64,000 nt of DNA from Dimorphilus gyrociliatus (lineage: Eukaryota > Animalia > Annelida), in assembly GCA_904063045.1 (NCBI GenBank), contig CAJFCJ010000014.1, forward strand, positions 1,175,643 to 1,239,642. The letters are read 5' to 3'. A model generated the notes under the pieces. It had not been told where the DNA came from and did not search any database. It saw nothing but the letters and a program-made list of their open reading frames with translations. Position numbers and translations under genes: made by a program. Position 1 is the first letter of the stretch. Each line of letters opens with the position of its first letter. Shown one piece after another: positions 36,778-49,001 of this stretch.

Positions 36778-36947
36778 TGTTCGAGTTAAGAGACTTGATG
36801 GTAAACTGACGTTTTCCTCTTCTAGATAGCTTTTGAAATATACTCAATAACTGCCTGTCTTTTATTTTGAAATATTCCATTTGAGTTCTAATTACTTTTG
36901 TAACAATCCAGGTGGCATTGCAATCAATAACCTTACGATATACTATC

Positions 36948-37478
36948 ATGTCAGGCACAAAATATCAACCTATTAAGAGTAATCTACAAGTCTATCCTGT
37001 AAGATTTTTGCCGGATGAAGATTTGAAGGAATGTTTAAAAAGATTTGTTCAGGATGCCGATTTAAAAGCTCCATTTATTCTTACTTGTTGTGGAAGTTTG
37101 AAAAGAGCGAAAATTCGTTTGGCTGATGCAGAAGTGGGCAAAGATAACAAAACTGTCAGATATATTTTCTAAATTGCCTATCTCTAGACTAAATTCTTGA
37201 AATATTTTCAATCAATTCCTATTAATTTATCATAATAGATTACTTTGGATGGCCGCTACGAAATAATATCTTTGGTAGGAACCTTAAATGGTAATGGTCA
37301 TCTTCATATATCTTTGGCTGATGACAAGGGTCAACTTATTGGTGGGCATGTGGTAAGTGATTTAATCATCTATACAACAGCCGAAGTTGTAATTGGTGAA
37401 TGTAATGACACATTATTTTCACGAGACACATGTGACAAGAGCGGTTGGGATGAATTGGTTGTAACAAAAAAAAATTAA
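36948..37478 (+). CDS. PPC/DUF296-domain protein, 2 exons
   Basis: VYPVRFLPDEDL, ILTCCGSL, YEIISLVGTL, HLHISLADDKGQLIGGH, YTTAEVVI (PPC/DUF296 motifs including HxH...H). Confidence 0.85.
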
Positions 37479-38210
37479 CATAGACAAGATGTTGATGTGC
37501 AACAATAAAATATGCTTAGTGTACTACCTAATAATAAAAATCAAATTAATTACATACCTGATTAATTGAAATGAATATGTTTTGTGTCCTTCTTCTGTTA
37601 CCACCGTTTTGCTTTTCGCGCTTTTTCTCTCCGTTTACGCTTCCATCTTTGATCACAATGCAAATTTTCAATGTTATTTTCGTATTTCAAATAAATTTTG
37701 ATTATGGTTTTTTTTTTAAAAATAACTATACAAATTTAGCTTTATTGTTCATAAAATCTTTATAATAAAGTAATATTTGAAAAATTACAAAACTGTTCAT
37801 ACCGGAAGAGGCAAAACTGAAATTTTTTAAATTTGTATACTCTACTGTAGTTATTATTTTTACTAATTTTCTGTGAAATGGAAAATATTTAATAAAAAAT
37901 AGATATTGATTATTGGTTTACAAAAAGCGCTCTAGTCGAATCTACTAGTACTAATGACAGAATCCTTAAGTAATGATAAATATAATTCAAAAAGAGTGGA
38001 GCATATGTTGAATCAATTCAAAAGTTACTGTAAAAAAGTATTGTAGGGTATTCATCTGTTTAACTATAATAACGTACCGCTAATATTAAGTTATCTTTGT
38101 ATCCAGTACTTATTTTTGAATCGTATTTTTTATTGACTCTGAATGACATTCAATGACTCCTAATTTTCGATTTCTCACAAATAAGAGCTATTTAACAATC
38201 GTCTTAAGAA

Positions 38211-39131
38211 TTATATCAAGTTGTTCATTATTCTAATAACAGATGTGACTTCAAACATGAAGTAGTTACAAGAAAGGTGAGCCTTTTCTAGAACATGTTT
38301 ACTTAGAATAAAAGTATTTGACATCCCACTTGCCTCTTTTACATCTGACTTGACCAAAAAATGTAGCCCGATAACATTTTCATTATAATTTGTGTATGCC
38401 ACTCCTGAAAAAAATGATTACTTTTAATAAACTTAAACACATTCTACATTCTTTAAATATGTTTTACATTGGCAGTCGTTTAATTTTATGAAAATAGTTT
38501 CTAGCTCTTCTTTTAAGCCTTCAAGACCAATACTCTGTATTGCATTTATCAGTAAACCATGAAACTCTGGTAATGTTATATTTGATTTGCTTTGTAAAAT
38601 ATGATTAAGTAGCTTATAATTTATATAGGAGTTAGTATTTTGTTGATGGCAACTTTCTATAAGAGTTTTTGCTTGCCGGTCATACAGAAAAATATAAAAT
38701 GAATCTGTTTTAACACTGGAGGCAACTATTATTTTGACTTTTGGCATATCCGTTTCGAGTCCTTGAAAGAGGATTGCAATTATCTTTTGAAAGAATCAAA
38801 TACAAATGATTACCTTTTATTCTGTCTAAAACCTGTTGCTCTCCAAAGCGTTTTAACGTAATGATCAATTGATCGTAAAAGCTTTGATACCGACATTCAG
38901 CTTTGTCTATTATCTCAAGGTTAATCATTAAACGATTTTGAGTCCCTCTTGCTTCTTGTATCTGTACATGTGACAAGCCTAACTTCAACGCAATCTGACT
39001 TCCATATTCACCAATTACTCGCGAAATTCGATAGATATAATATTGAATATCTTCACTTGTATCTATAGAAGATTACTAATAACAACAAATATTTACAATG
39101 GATAAGAGTTACCTTGTGTCCTATTGGACAT
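38211..39131 (-). CDS. Tandem death-fold protein DD-1 (type A + type B + C-terminal tail)
   Basis: MSNRTQ|DTSEDIQYYIYRISRVIGEYGSQIALKLGLSHVQIQEA...RIK|DSFYIFLY...NYKLL...IQSIGLEGL...KN|GVAYT...LI*. All junctions are phase-1 GT-AG. Confidence 0.65.
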
Positions 39132-39765
39132 TCTTTTCATTTATTGGCTACACGAAATGGTTTCAGAACACTTACAACCATTAATGTGGTTTTAGTTCAA
39201 TTCTAATAAACGACATAATTTAGTTAAATACTGCAAGTTTTTCGTAAAGTAGCTCTATTGCATAATCGTAAGGAGCTTCTGCTATTGTATGATTATTTAT
39301 ATTTTTAAACCTCTTCAGATATTCTAAATCTTAAAATTATCACGCTATTAGATGCAGAACCTCAATTAGTCATTTTACTTAGTAATTCACACAAAATGCC
39401 TTTAATACTTGTGGACCTTTCTTGTATCTAGTATTTTTGGAATATTTTCTGGTTATTGGATCTCATATACCCTGAGTGATGAGTAATGACTATATGCCCC
39501 TATTACAAATGAGCTCTAATTCAATTCTACTAAAAATTTACAATACTTTTAGAAAAGGTTTTAATAGACATTTAAGTCATCTATAGAAAAGTTGTTCAAC
39601 TATGAAATAAACAGTTTTTCGCAAAAAAAACCTTATTTATCAAAAAGGCGGAAGTAAAATTTATGGCATTCAAGTTTCCAATATTGAGTAAATAAGAGGC
39701 CTACTAAATTTTAGAGGAAAATAACTCTATCTCGTCATAAGCATGAATAAGAGGAATGAGCGAAT

Positions 39766-42700
39766 ATGTCAAAAATAAATCAAGTCATATTGTTTTACCA
39801 GCAAGAAATAAAAAGTCTGTTGAATGATGATCAAATTTTTAAGATGGCTGCACGTGAAAACGGCATCATAAATAATCAAGAATCGGAAGAAAATTTCGCT
39901 ATTTTCTTTGAAAACTGTATACTTCGTGTCCCGACTAAAGTTTTCCAAAATTTGTTAATAACCTGTTCTCGACAAACGGCTTCTAAGAGATACGTCGAAT
40001 TGGCTAAAAGCATTGAGTATCCCTGGTCCCAATTAGTTCAAGAGGTTAAAAAGTATGTACGAGAAAAGTTTGTTAATATTTCCATGTTTAAAGACAAGAA
40101 AATCTTAGTTAATTATGAAAATATAATGGCACCAGTGCTAATTTCTACGTATTTAAACAATGATCAAGTTGATGATGTGAAAACTTCAGATGATTTTTTT
40201 AAGCTATCAAATATTATTTATGAAAGAGGAGATAAGATTCTTATCAAAGGAGGACCTGGCATGGGAAAAACATATCATTTTAGGAAAATTCTCTGTTCAT
40301 GGGCTACAGGAGATAAGAGAGACTGTCTTCTTCTAAATCTTCAATTAAAGAAGACAGATCAATGTAATAATATTATAGATGAACTATATAAACATAATTT
40401 TTCACAATCTTCAAAAATTTCTAGGTCACTTTTTGCTTGTATTTTTAATAAGGAATTTTCTGATTTCCATCGGAAAATATTTATTTTGATAGACGGAGCA
40501 GATAAATTCGCAACCCACGTTAAATTTTTGAATAAAATATTTACAAGTTTTTCAAGGCTGGTCATACTTGTATGGTCAAGAAATTGGAAGGCCTATGAAA
40601 TTAGTAATACATATAATCATGTCTATGAAATATTCGGATACGATGAAATTCAGAAAAAAATATTCTTTGATAAGTTTTTCTATGAGTTACACAAAAATAA
40701 AGTTTGTCAACAAGTTACTCGTCAACGTAAATTGAGTAGTGACGATCCTTATCAGGATGTGACAAGCGCTTGGATTCATAATAGATCGGAAAGTGATAAA
40801 TTATGGCAATATTTATGGACTAAAAGAAAAGATTTATTGAAATCTTGTTCAAGGCCATTAGTTGCTTTCACAACAGCTGCTGTTTGGGAAGAAACGAAAG
40901 AATGTAAAGAAGGGTATATATTTGAAAAAGTTATCGATAGACTTTTAAAGAAAAAAGCTATTACTAGAGATACTATATACTATGAAAAGATTATTAATCA
41001 TTGTTCAGAAGAGGCATACAATCACCTTTTTCGTAAATTACCCATTAAAATGACTGATATTATTAAAAAATCGAGTAATATTGGAAATTTACTTATGGTA
41101 AATCCTTACCAGTCTGCTGAAGATCAAGAGTTAGCTTTTATTGATATTTCATTTTTGGAGTACTTTGCAGCCAAACACATAATCAACTGTTTAAAGTCGA
41201 ATGCAAACTGTGAACAAGGACGTTTAGAAAATTCGGTTGCAAAGCAGGCATTCATTCGATACCTGTTTGATCATAATTTAATTGAGTTAAAATTTATATT
41301 TAGATTTATTAGAGAACTATATCCAGAGTTTTTCTCTATTTTACCTGCAAAAAAATCATTTCCTCTCGAACCAATAGATGATGATGCATTACATACGATT
41401 AAACATTATCGAAATGAGAGGGTTTTTAAATTATGTAACACTACCTTAGCATTTCACCATTTGAATCCAATTGTTAAAAGTTTGTCAAGAAATGTTACAA
41501 CTATACAATTAATGAAGGTTAGTCTTAATCTGGATTATTTTTTGGAACTTATAACAACAGAACTTAGCCTTCAGTTAATAAACTTGGAACTTAATTCTTT
41601 AATTGAAGATAAGAGCATATCTGTTAAGATTCTTACTGAAATAACTCGGACTTTTGTAAAGTTGAAAAGCCTTTTTCTTATCAACGTTCCCCTCTGTAAA
41701 AATTTGAGTACACCAGTGGATATATCTTCAAACTCCGTGCTTGGCCTTACTTTGCAGAATTGCTGTTTTTCACCTGACATGATAAGATCTTTTAGCTGTC
41801 AGCGTTTATATAAATTGAATCTATCTTTTAATAAAATCGAAGGTAAGTTTAATTAACATTACATTGTAAATAATCAATCTATTCAAATTTTCCTTCTAAT
41901 TTAGATCAGAAGTTCAAAAATTTTATTAATTGCCTAAAATCTAATCGTAGTTTGAAGGCTATTGACTTTTCTTTTTGTCAGTTGTCAGACACCCATTTTG
42001 ATAGTTTAAAAACACTAATTGAAGAAAATCGTAGTCTTACAGAAATATCCTTACAGGGTAATGATTTTAACATTGAAACAACGAAATCTATAGGAAGTTT
42101 AGCAGATGAAAGGCAATATATCAAAGTATTTGAAATTAACAACTATAAAGCTTTGAGCGAAAACGATAAGAGTTTTATAGCATTTAATCCGAATCTTGAA
42201 GTTTTAACTTTGTCAAAGAGTACAATACTTTCGCCGGTTATTGAGAAAATAATTCAATTGAAAAATCTAGTGGAATTGGGATTATCTTCCATAAACATTA
42301 AATGGATTGGAAATCATTTTATTCACTTGGAAAGTTTTGTTAATTTAAAGATCTTTGACTTCAGCTATAATGATATAACAAATCAAAAGAGAATGTTTCA
42401 TTTATTTAAGGAAATTCTTTCAAGTTCTTTCAATTTGAAAAAACTTGTTATGAACAACTGCAATATAAATCCAGAAGGTCTTAATATTTTAGGGAATTGT
42501 ATGAAAAAACTTTCCAATTTGACTTTTATAAATATTTCAAATAATAATCTAGATTGTGATAGTTTTGAAGAATTCTTAAAATTCAAGATATTCACAGAAC
42601 AGGAAGAAATTGAATTGGATTGTTCAAACTGCCATTTGGAAAGTCAAAATCTTGTTTCATTACTAAAATTACCGAAATTTAAGATTTTAAACTTTTCACA

Positions 42701-45209
42701 GAATTATATAAGCGAATGTTATGTGGAGTTGGAGAATATTGCATTTTTTCAATATCTCAGAGAGCTATATTTAAGAAATTGCAATTTACCGGAAGAATTC
42801 CTACAACAGATTGGTAGGAACTTGGAAAGTTTTAGTATGGTTCAAATATTAGATATATCGGAAAATAACTTTAAGGATAGATCATTGAACTATTTTTTTG
42901 AAAGAGTATCAACGGAGGAAAATAATCTTAAAGAGATCTATATTTATGGCAATGAGTTTTCAAAATATGTAATTTCAAATATGTATTCGTGTATTAAATC
43001 TCTACCAAAGCTTAGTATTCTTAATTCTACTGAATCTGTCAATGATTCGTTATTTAACCAAAGCTTAAATGAGTTAGTTAACAGCAAAAAGTTTAATTTA
43101 AAAATGATCAACAGTTTACTCTCTAACTACGATGATATTGTTGAATTAAAGATATTACAATTATCGCTTATAAGCGGTCAGAGAGAGAGTTATCTTCATT
43201 TGATTTCTGAATTAGAAATCAAAATAAAGTTCATTATTTTCGATGATATCCTTTCGCCAAGTGAGAGTTTAGAAATTAAAAAGATTATTGATCAAAAGGA
43301 AAAGACTGTTGAGAAAATTTCAATTAATGAACATTTTATGAAAAATACAGATTTTTCTCTATTGTCAGCTAATTTTAATTTAACATCATTAAAAATTGCG
43401 TTCAGATCGGAGGAAATAATTAATTCAGAAATTTGGAACTTGCTATCGGGACAGGAGATGCTGAAAACTTTATATTTGTCTAGAGTTAAACTGGAAGATA
43501 GATATTGTCAAAATTATGAGAATATTTTCATTAACCGCGTTTCAAAACTTGAAGAACTAAAGATTTTCTCGTCAACATTCTGTGGAGCAACTATCAGGAA
43601 TTTTATTTCCCGACAAGAACATTTAAAAGTATTGGAGATTAACGAGTCTAAATTTGATAATCTTTTCGATAGAGAATGCAAATGTCGCTCTCTCAAAAAG
43701 CTTACTTTATTCAAATACGAGTTTTCAAGAGAAGAAATGGAAGATTTTAAAATATTCCTTAACAAACAAAGCCATTTGGAAAAATTAAATCTAAAATTAA
43801 ACAATTTAAAAGATAATATTGGTTTGAAAATATTTAGTGACAGCTATAGAAATGATAATAATACAATTACCGAGTTAAGCTTGCACAAATGTAAATTATC
43901 AGTAAATATGGCTGATAAACTTGGGCTGTTTATTGGTCGTCAAACGAATTTGGAAGTTCTTGATTTATCTGGCATAAACATGCAAAATAAAATTGGTTGT
44001 AACTTATTTAGGGCGATCTCGGAAAAATGTTGTAACATCTTAGATTTGAAGTTGGGTAAGTGCACTTTCTCAAGGGATATGGCGGAATACCTAATAGAAT
44101 TTATTGATAATCAAAAACGCTTGAATGTCTTAGATTTAAATTCAACAGATTTATCTGTGCTTAATACGAATAAAGAGTTTCATTTCTGTTATGAAACAAT
44201 CATTTGCCTTAATTTGCATCATTGTACTCTATCAGAAGAAACAGCTTACTTATTTGGAAGACTTATTAGGCATGAGCATTTGGATATACTTAATGTAAGT
44301 AATTTACGATTGGAAGAGTGTGGAAGTAATTTGTTTGAAACTAGTGGGATATGTTCAACTATTTCAGAGATAAATTTATCTGAAACTACATTTTCCTCCT
44401 CTACGGCAAAGACGCTTGGAATATTTCTTGGTTATGCGGTCAATCTTAAAACACTGAATTTGTCTAAAACAAATCTTACAAGAGATATTGGAAAGCAGCT
44501 ATTCTCAAATATCTCCTGTGACTGTTGTAAGATCATAAATCTTAACTTAAGTCTATGCAAATTCTCCGCTTCCATGGCCCAGTATCTTGGAATATTCATT
44601 AAATATCAAGATTCTTTGAACACTCTTGATTTATCCCGCACAGATCTCACAAACGAAATTGGAACCAATATATTCTCACGAAAAGTTGACACTAAATACA
44701 CTAAATACATCTCCAGTTTGATCTTAGTAGGTTGTTTACTGTGTTCTAAAATGTCTACCTCTCTTGGGATATTTATTGAATGTCAAAACAATTTGAGCCA
44801 TCTTAATTTATCACATACAATACTGGAAGGTTCAATAGGAAAAAATCTATTTGAACACGCATCTCATACTTTTCCCACAATATTGACGGTTAACTTGAAA
44901 CGTTGCAAGTTTTCATCAGATATGGTTGAATCTCTTGCTAAGTTCATAGGAAAACAAATTAATCTTACAGAGCTGAATCTATCATCAACTGATCTTTCAC
45001 AAATTGAAAAAGAGCTATTTACAGAAATATCTAAATCTTGTTACTATGTTAGAAATCTAAATATTCAAAACTCCACACTCTCCAATGATCAGACAACTGG
45101 CATTTTACAATTTATAGAGTGTCAAAAATATTTAACTAATGAGGAAAAACTGTTGATAACCCAAGAAATTGTTGAAAGAAAGTTTAGAGCCTCTAAACCC
45201 TTGATATAA
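39766..45209 (+). CDS. NLR: CARD-like N-terminus, NACHT, winged helix and very long LRR (~1793 aa, 2 exons)
   Basis: Walker A GGPGMGKT (40249-40272), Walker B IFILIDGADK, sensor-1-like VWSR, FIDISFLEYFAA and many LxxLxLSxN repeats. The 62-nt intron 41843-41904 joins the two long ORFs in frame. Confidence 0.92.
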
Positions 45210-45339
45210 ACAGATATGAATATATTGTTAACTATTAAAAGAAGACTATGATAATTTTGTTAAATAATATTTTTTATCTTGTCGTATCGACTTTTCCCCT
45301 TCAACTTTCTGTTTTGATATGTGTTCCATTGACAAACAG

Positions 45340-46110
45340 TTAGGTAGGTATATCCATCATAGTGTCTGACCTGTTCAATATAGAAAATTTATATAAGCTA
45401 AAGAGCTTTATCAGTTTAATTTCATCTATTAACCCATATGTTTCTTCCTGCGAGAACGGTAGACTTCTATTCAACAACTCGTTCCATTTTATTCTCAATT
45501 TTTTAGAAGCACGAGCATTTCCAATGTCTACTAAAGCTTGGAGAATAGTATTAACTCTGCTTTGAATTTTGTCCTTTTCACTAGTAGATGGCAAATATTC
45601 TTGATTATTTGACCATTTTTGCAAACATTTCAAATTAACTTGAAAAAAATCTGGGGTTTCTTCATGCCTTCTCTGACCTAAGCTATCCATCGCTTTGAGT
45701 CCTAATAGACGATAATAAAATCTATCATCTTGAATTTTTTCAGAAAGCTTCCTAATGAGTTGTGTTTCAGATTGTGCTTCACCTAAGTATTAATATTTGA
45801 AATAACCTTCACAAAATTCTTTACTATACTGTATATACAATATATTTACTTATTTACCTAACAAATGTAGATAGCCTTTATTACCAGACTCCGTTAATGC
45901 TTGCTTAACACACGTTCTAAAATTATTATCTTCAATTTCCCACAGATCATTCATTAACCTTTGAAGGTCGTTTTCATATGGCGTTCGAACCTGTACACAT
46001 TGAACTTCAGCTATTTCCCAACCTAACTGTAACATCAAACTTTGACCTTTATTTGAAACAATTTCAGCTACATGAACGAGAAATAAATCGTAAGCCTTAG
46101 ACGCTTCCAT
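45340..46110 (-). CDS. Tandem death-fold protein DD-2 (type A + type B)
   Basis: FLVHVAEIVSNKGQSLMLQLGWEIAEV...LHLL|GEAQ...QDDRFYYRLLG...NLKCLQKW...LQALVDIG. The 3' end is uncertain. Confidence 0.65.
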
Positions 46111-46430
46111 TCTCGAGAATGACTATGTGATTACCAGTTCATATATGGTTATTAAAGGTTAATAACCATCTAAAATATACTTTTAAGAATTATTGAAGGT
46201 TATAGTTCTTATAGTTTTATAGTTAAATAAAGTTTAGAATTGTATTTGTAAACAAAAGTCTCTTTTCTACTTCGTAAAATACATAAAACATTTTTATGCA
46301 TTTTTAACTGTTCAAGCAATCTTTCACGTTTCACTATTTTTTTCTTGTAAATCATATACTCTTCATTCAGTATTCATATAATACTCTTTGAATGTTGAAG
46401 AGGTTTAATGTTAGCTGTACAGTAGTCAAA

Positions 46431-47818
46431 TTATCCATTAAAACTATGTATCTCCGATTCACACGAATACGATAGTTCTCTACAGGATTCTGTCTGCCGT
46501 TCTAGATATATTTTTTAAAAATAACTATTAATCAGTAATTGCATATTAAGCAAGTATTTACCACCTGAGTGTCCATTAGCAGCAGGAACTTCATTTAAAC
46601 TTCTCCAGAAATCATTTATTTTTTCTAAAGTATTCAAATGTCCTAATTCTGATAGGACTCTATTTATGGTGCCTCTCAAAACTATTTCGCTTAAATTACT
46701 ATTGTTTCTACAAAATAGCTGTAGTAATTCATAGTTGACGTCAGAATAGTGTTTTTTTGTTGTCACCATTTTCAATGATACTTCGTATTCATCAAATCCA
46801 CAAATAAATCTAAAAAAATTTTCTTCACCTACTTGGCTTGATGTAATCATTATCCATTTTTCTATGTTACCTTCACTCTCTAGTTGGAACAAAAAGGATT
46901 GTTTATGATAGAAATAAATTGATTTAATAACTTTTACCTAGTATAGACACTAAATCATTCCTTTTAAGACATTTTAAAACTCTCATCATTTGTGCTTTAA
47001 GTGCATCCGAACCAACAATTTGTAACTTTTGTCTTAATGCTATCCTTCTCGCGTCTACAATTGTACATGAACCACTTGCTTTTTGTACATCATCATAAGA
47101 CATTCCCAAATTTAATGCTAAAGTAGGACCTTCGGAGGACAACAATTCGGCTAATTTCCTTAAATATTCTTCAACTGTAATTAAATTAAAATCACATAAA
47201 TTAATGGGAAAAATTCAAGTCTACTACATTTGTCTCGTGTTTCAGGACGAGCTGCTGGTCTTTCATTTGAATGCTGAAGATTATTAACGGTTGGGTCATT
47301 TGCTTATGTTGAAAAAGACTATATTATTAATAATACAGCATAAAGGACATTAATAAAGTTACCCCTGTTACTGGATACTGTCAGACGTCGCCACCCTTCA
47401 TCCAACGATGTAGCAATTTCAGTTTTACCCATTATCCTTAACGCCTCTAATATTTTATCCTTCTTCTCTTCCTCCGATGGAATTCTCACTGTTACCCATT
47501 TCAGATAGGCATACGTTAATTCTGTTAATCAGAATAGAATGATATACTGTTTTATTACCATACATGATATTTATGACAAATACCGGAATTTGATGCTACT
47601 ATATGTATACCATGGCGACGTATTTCTTCCTCTATAATTTTTCTATCGATACTTTGATCAATACGAATTTGTTGAGTTACAACTTTGTCGATTAGGCGTC
47701 TTCTCACCTCCTCCAGATTTTCTGGTTCCATTCCCAATTCAATAGCTAACTGTTCACCATACTCGCTAACTTCATCAGCGATAGTTTTTAGAAACTGTAG
47801 CAGCACTGGAGAATTCAT
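46431..47818 (-). CDS. Tandem death-fold protein DD-3 (type A + type A + type B), 6 exons
   Basis: FLKTIADEVSEYGEQLAIELGM; YLRKLAELLSSEGPTLALNLGMSYDDV; EENFFRFICG...NYELL...LSELG. Phase-1 introns throughout; stop at 46431. Confidence 0.7.
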
Positions 47819-47860
47819 ATTCTGACAGTTTAGAGTAACAATCTAAATAGGAAACTAAAC

Positions 47861-47872
47861 CGCGCATGCGCA
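47861..47872. promoter_or_regulatory. NRF1/Ewg-type motif upstream of DD-3
   Basis: CGCGCATGCGCA matches YGCGCAYGCGCR, about 45 bp upstream of ATG 47818, in very AT-rich surroundings. Confidence 0.5.
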
Positions 47873-48106
47873 TCAGAAACCAGTCTATCTATTTTCGTTT
47901 TTAAAAGCAAACTTTAACAGTCCGATTGAACGAAGAAAGAAAGTAATAATATCCTCGAATCAAAAATAATCAAAACAATTTATTATATTAGGCATAAAAC
48001 TACTGTTTGTAGTTATAACTCGACGAAGAGAAAAAGTATTCATTCTTCATATTCGGTTTCAAAATTTAAACATATTAACAGTTATTACTGAAAAACAATT
48101 ACGTAT

Positions 48107-49001
48107 TTAAAATCTCTTATCATTTTCTTTCCTTGAAGGAATTACTGCGAATTTCATATTGATAAATTCATTCTTCGAACAATCTTGCACATCTATTTTA
48201 AAAACAATATCAAATATTAAGTTAAAATGGAGAATGTAAACAATGAACAAATTTTTACCTAATCCTTCGTTATTAGCCGAAGGAAGTACTTTCGCACTTT
48301 TTTCACTAACGCGTTTCCTGTCAATTTTATATTCCTCATTCAACTCTTCTGCAAATTCTTTCATAAGGCGGAATGTCTTCTTTCTACCAATTTCAAGTAA
48401 AGCCGTCCCAAGATCTTCGGCTAATTGAGAGAAAGTTTTGTTTGAATGTTCTTTTGAGTACCTATCTAATAATTCATAAGCCAAATCTGAATGATTTCTG
48501 TGCTGTCTTAAGCTTGAAAATACTGATTGTGCGTTATCATATCCATATAATAATATATAAAATTTACTATCCGTTACTGAAGTTGATATGATAGAGAAAA
48601 TTTCATTATAGCCATTATCGATTGAAGCATTTTCTTTAAAATTACATACATTAATACAAGTGTATTCAGTATTTTAATTAATTAACCTATTTTACTGTAA
48701 ACGTCTTCCCTTCCACAAGCTTTAAGATGTATTTTGGCTTCGCTTAAAAACTTTGATCCAAGTTTTGTATGAGCTTTAACGCAAATTTCATATCTTACTC
48801 CAAAGCTGGATGGCAAGCGTTTTATATCTGATATCTGTTTGTCATCTAAACCTAAATGCAACATAAATTTCTCCCAATCTTGAGACAGGTAATTCGATAA
48901 TTTTAGAGCAAAATGTTTAAATTTCTCCTCTAATCACAAGTATAAAATCAGTTATAAAGTAATATTGTTATTCAATGCCTACCTCTGGACTTTTCATTCA
49001 T
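48107..49001 (-). CDS. Tandem death-fold protein DD-4 (canonical death domain + type B), 4 exons
   Basis: MNEKSR|EEKFKHFALKLSNYLSQDWEKFMLHLGLDDKQISDIK (classic DD W..L...LG) then DSKFYILLYG...AYELL...LLEIG; phase-1 introns. Confidence 0.75.
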
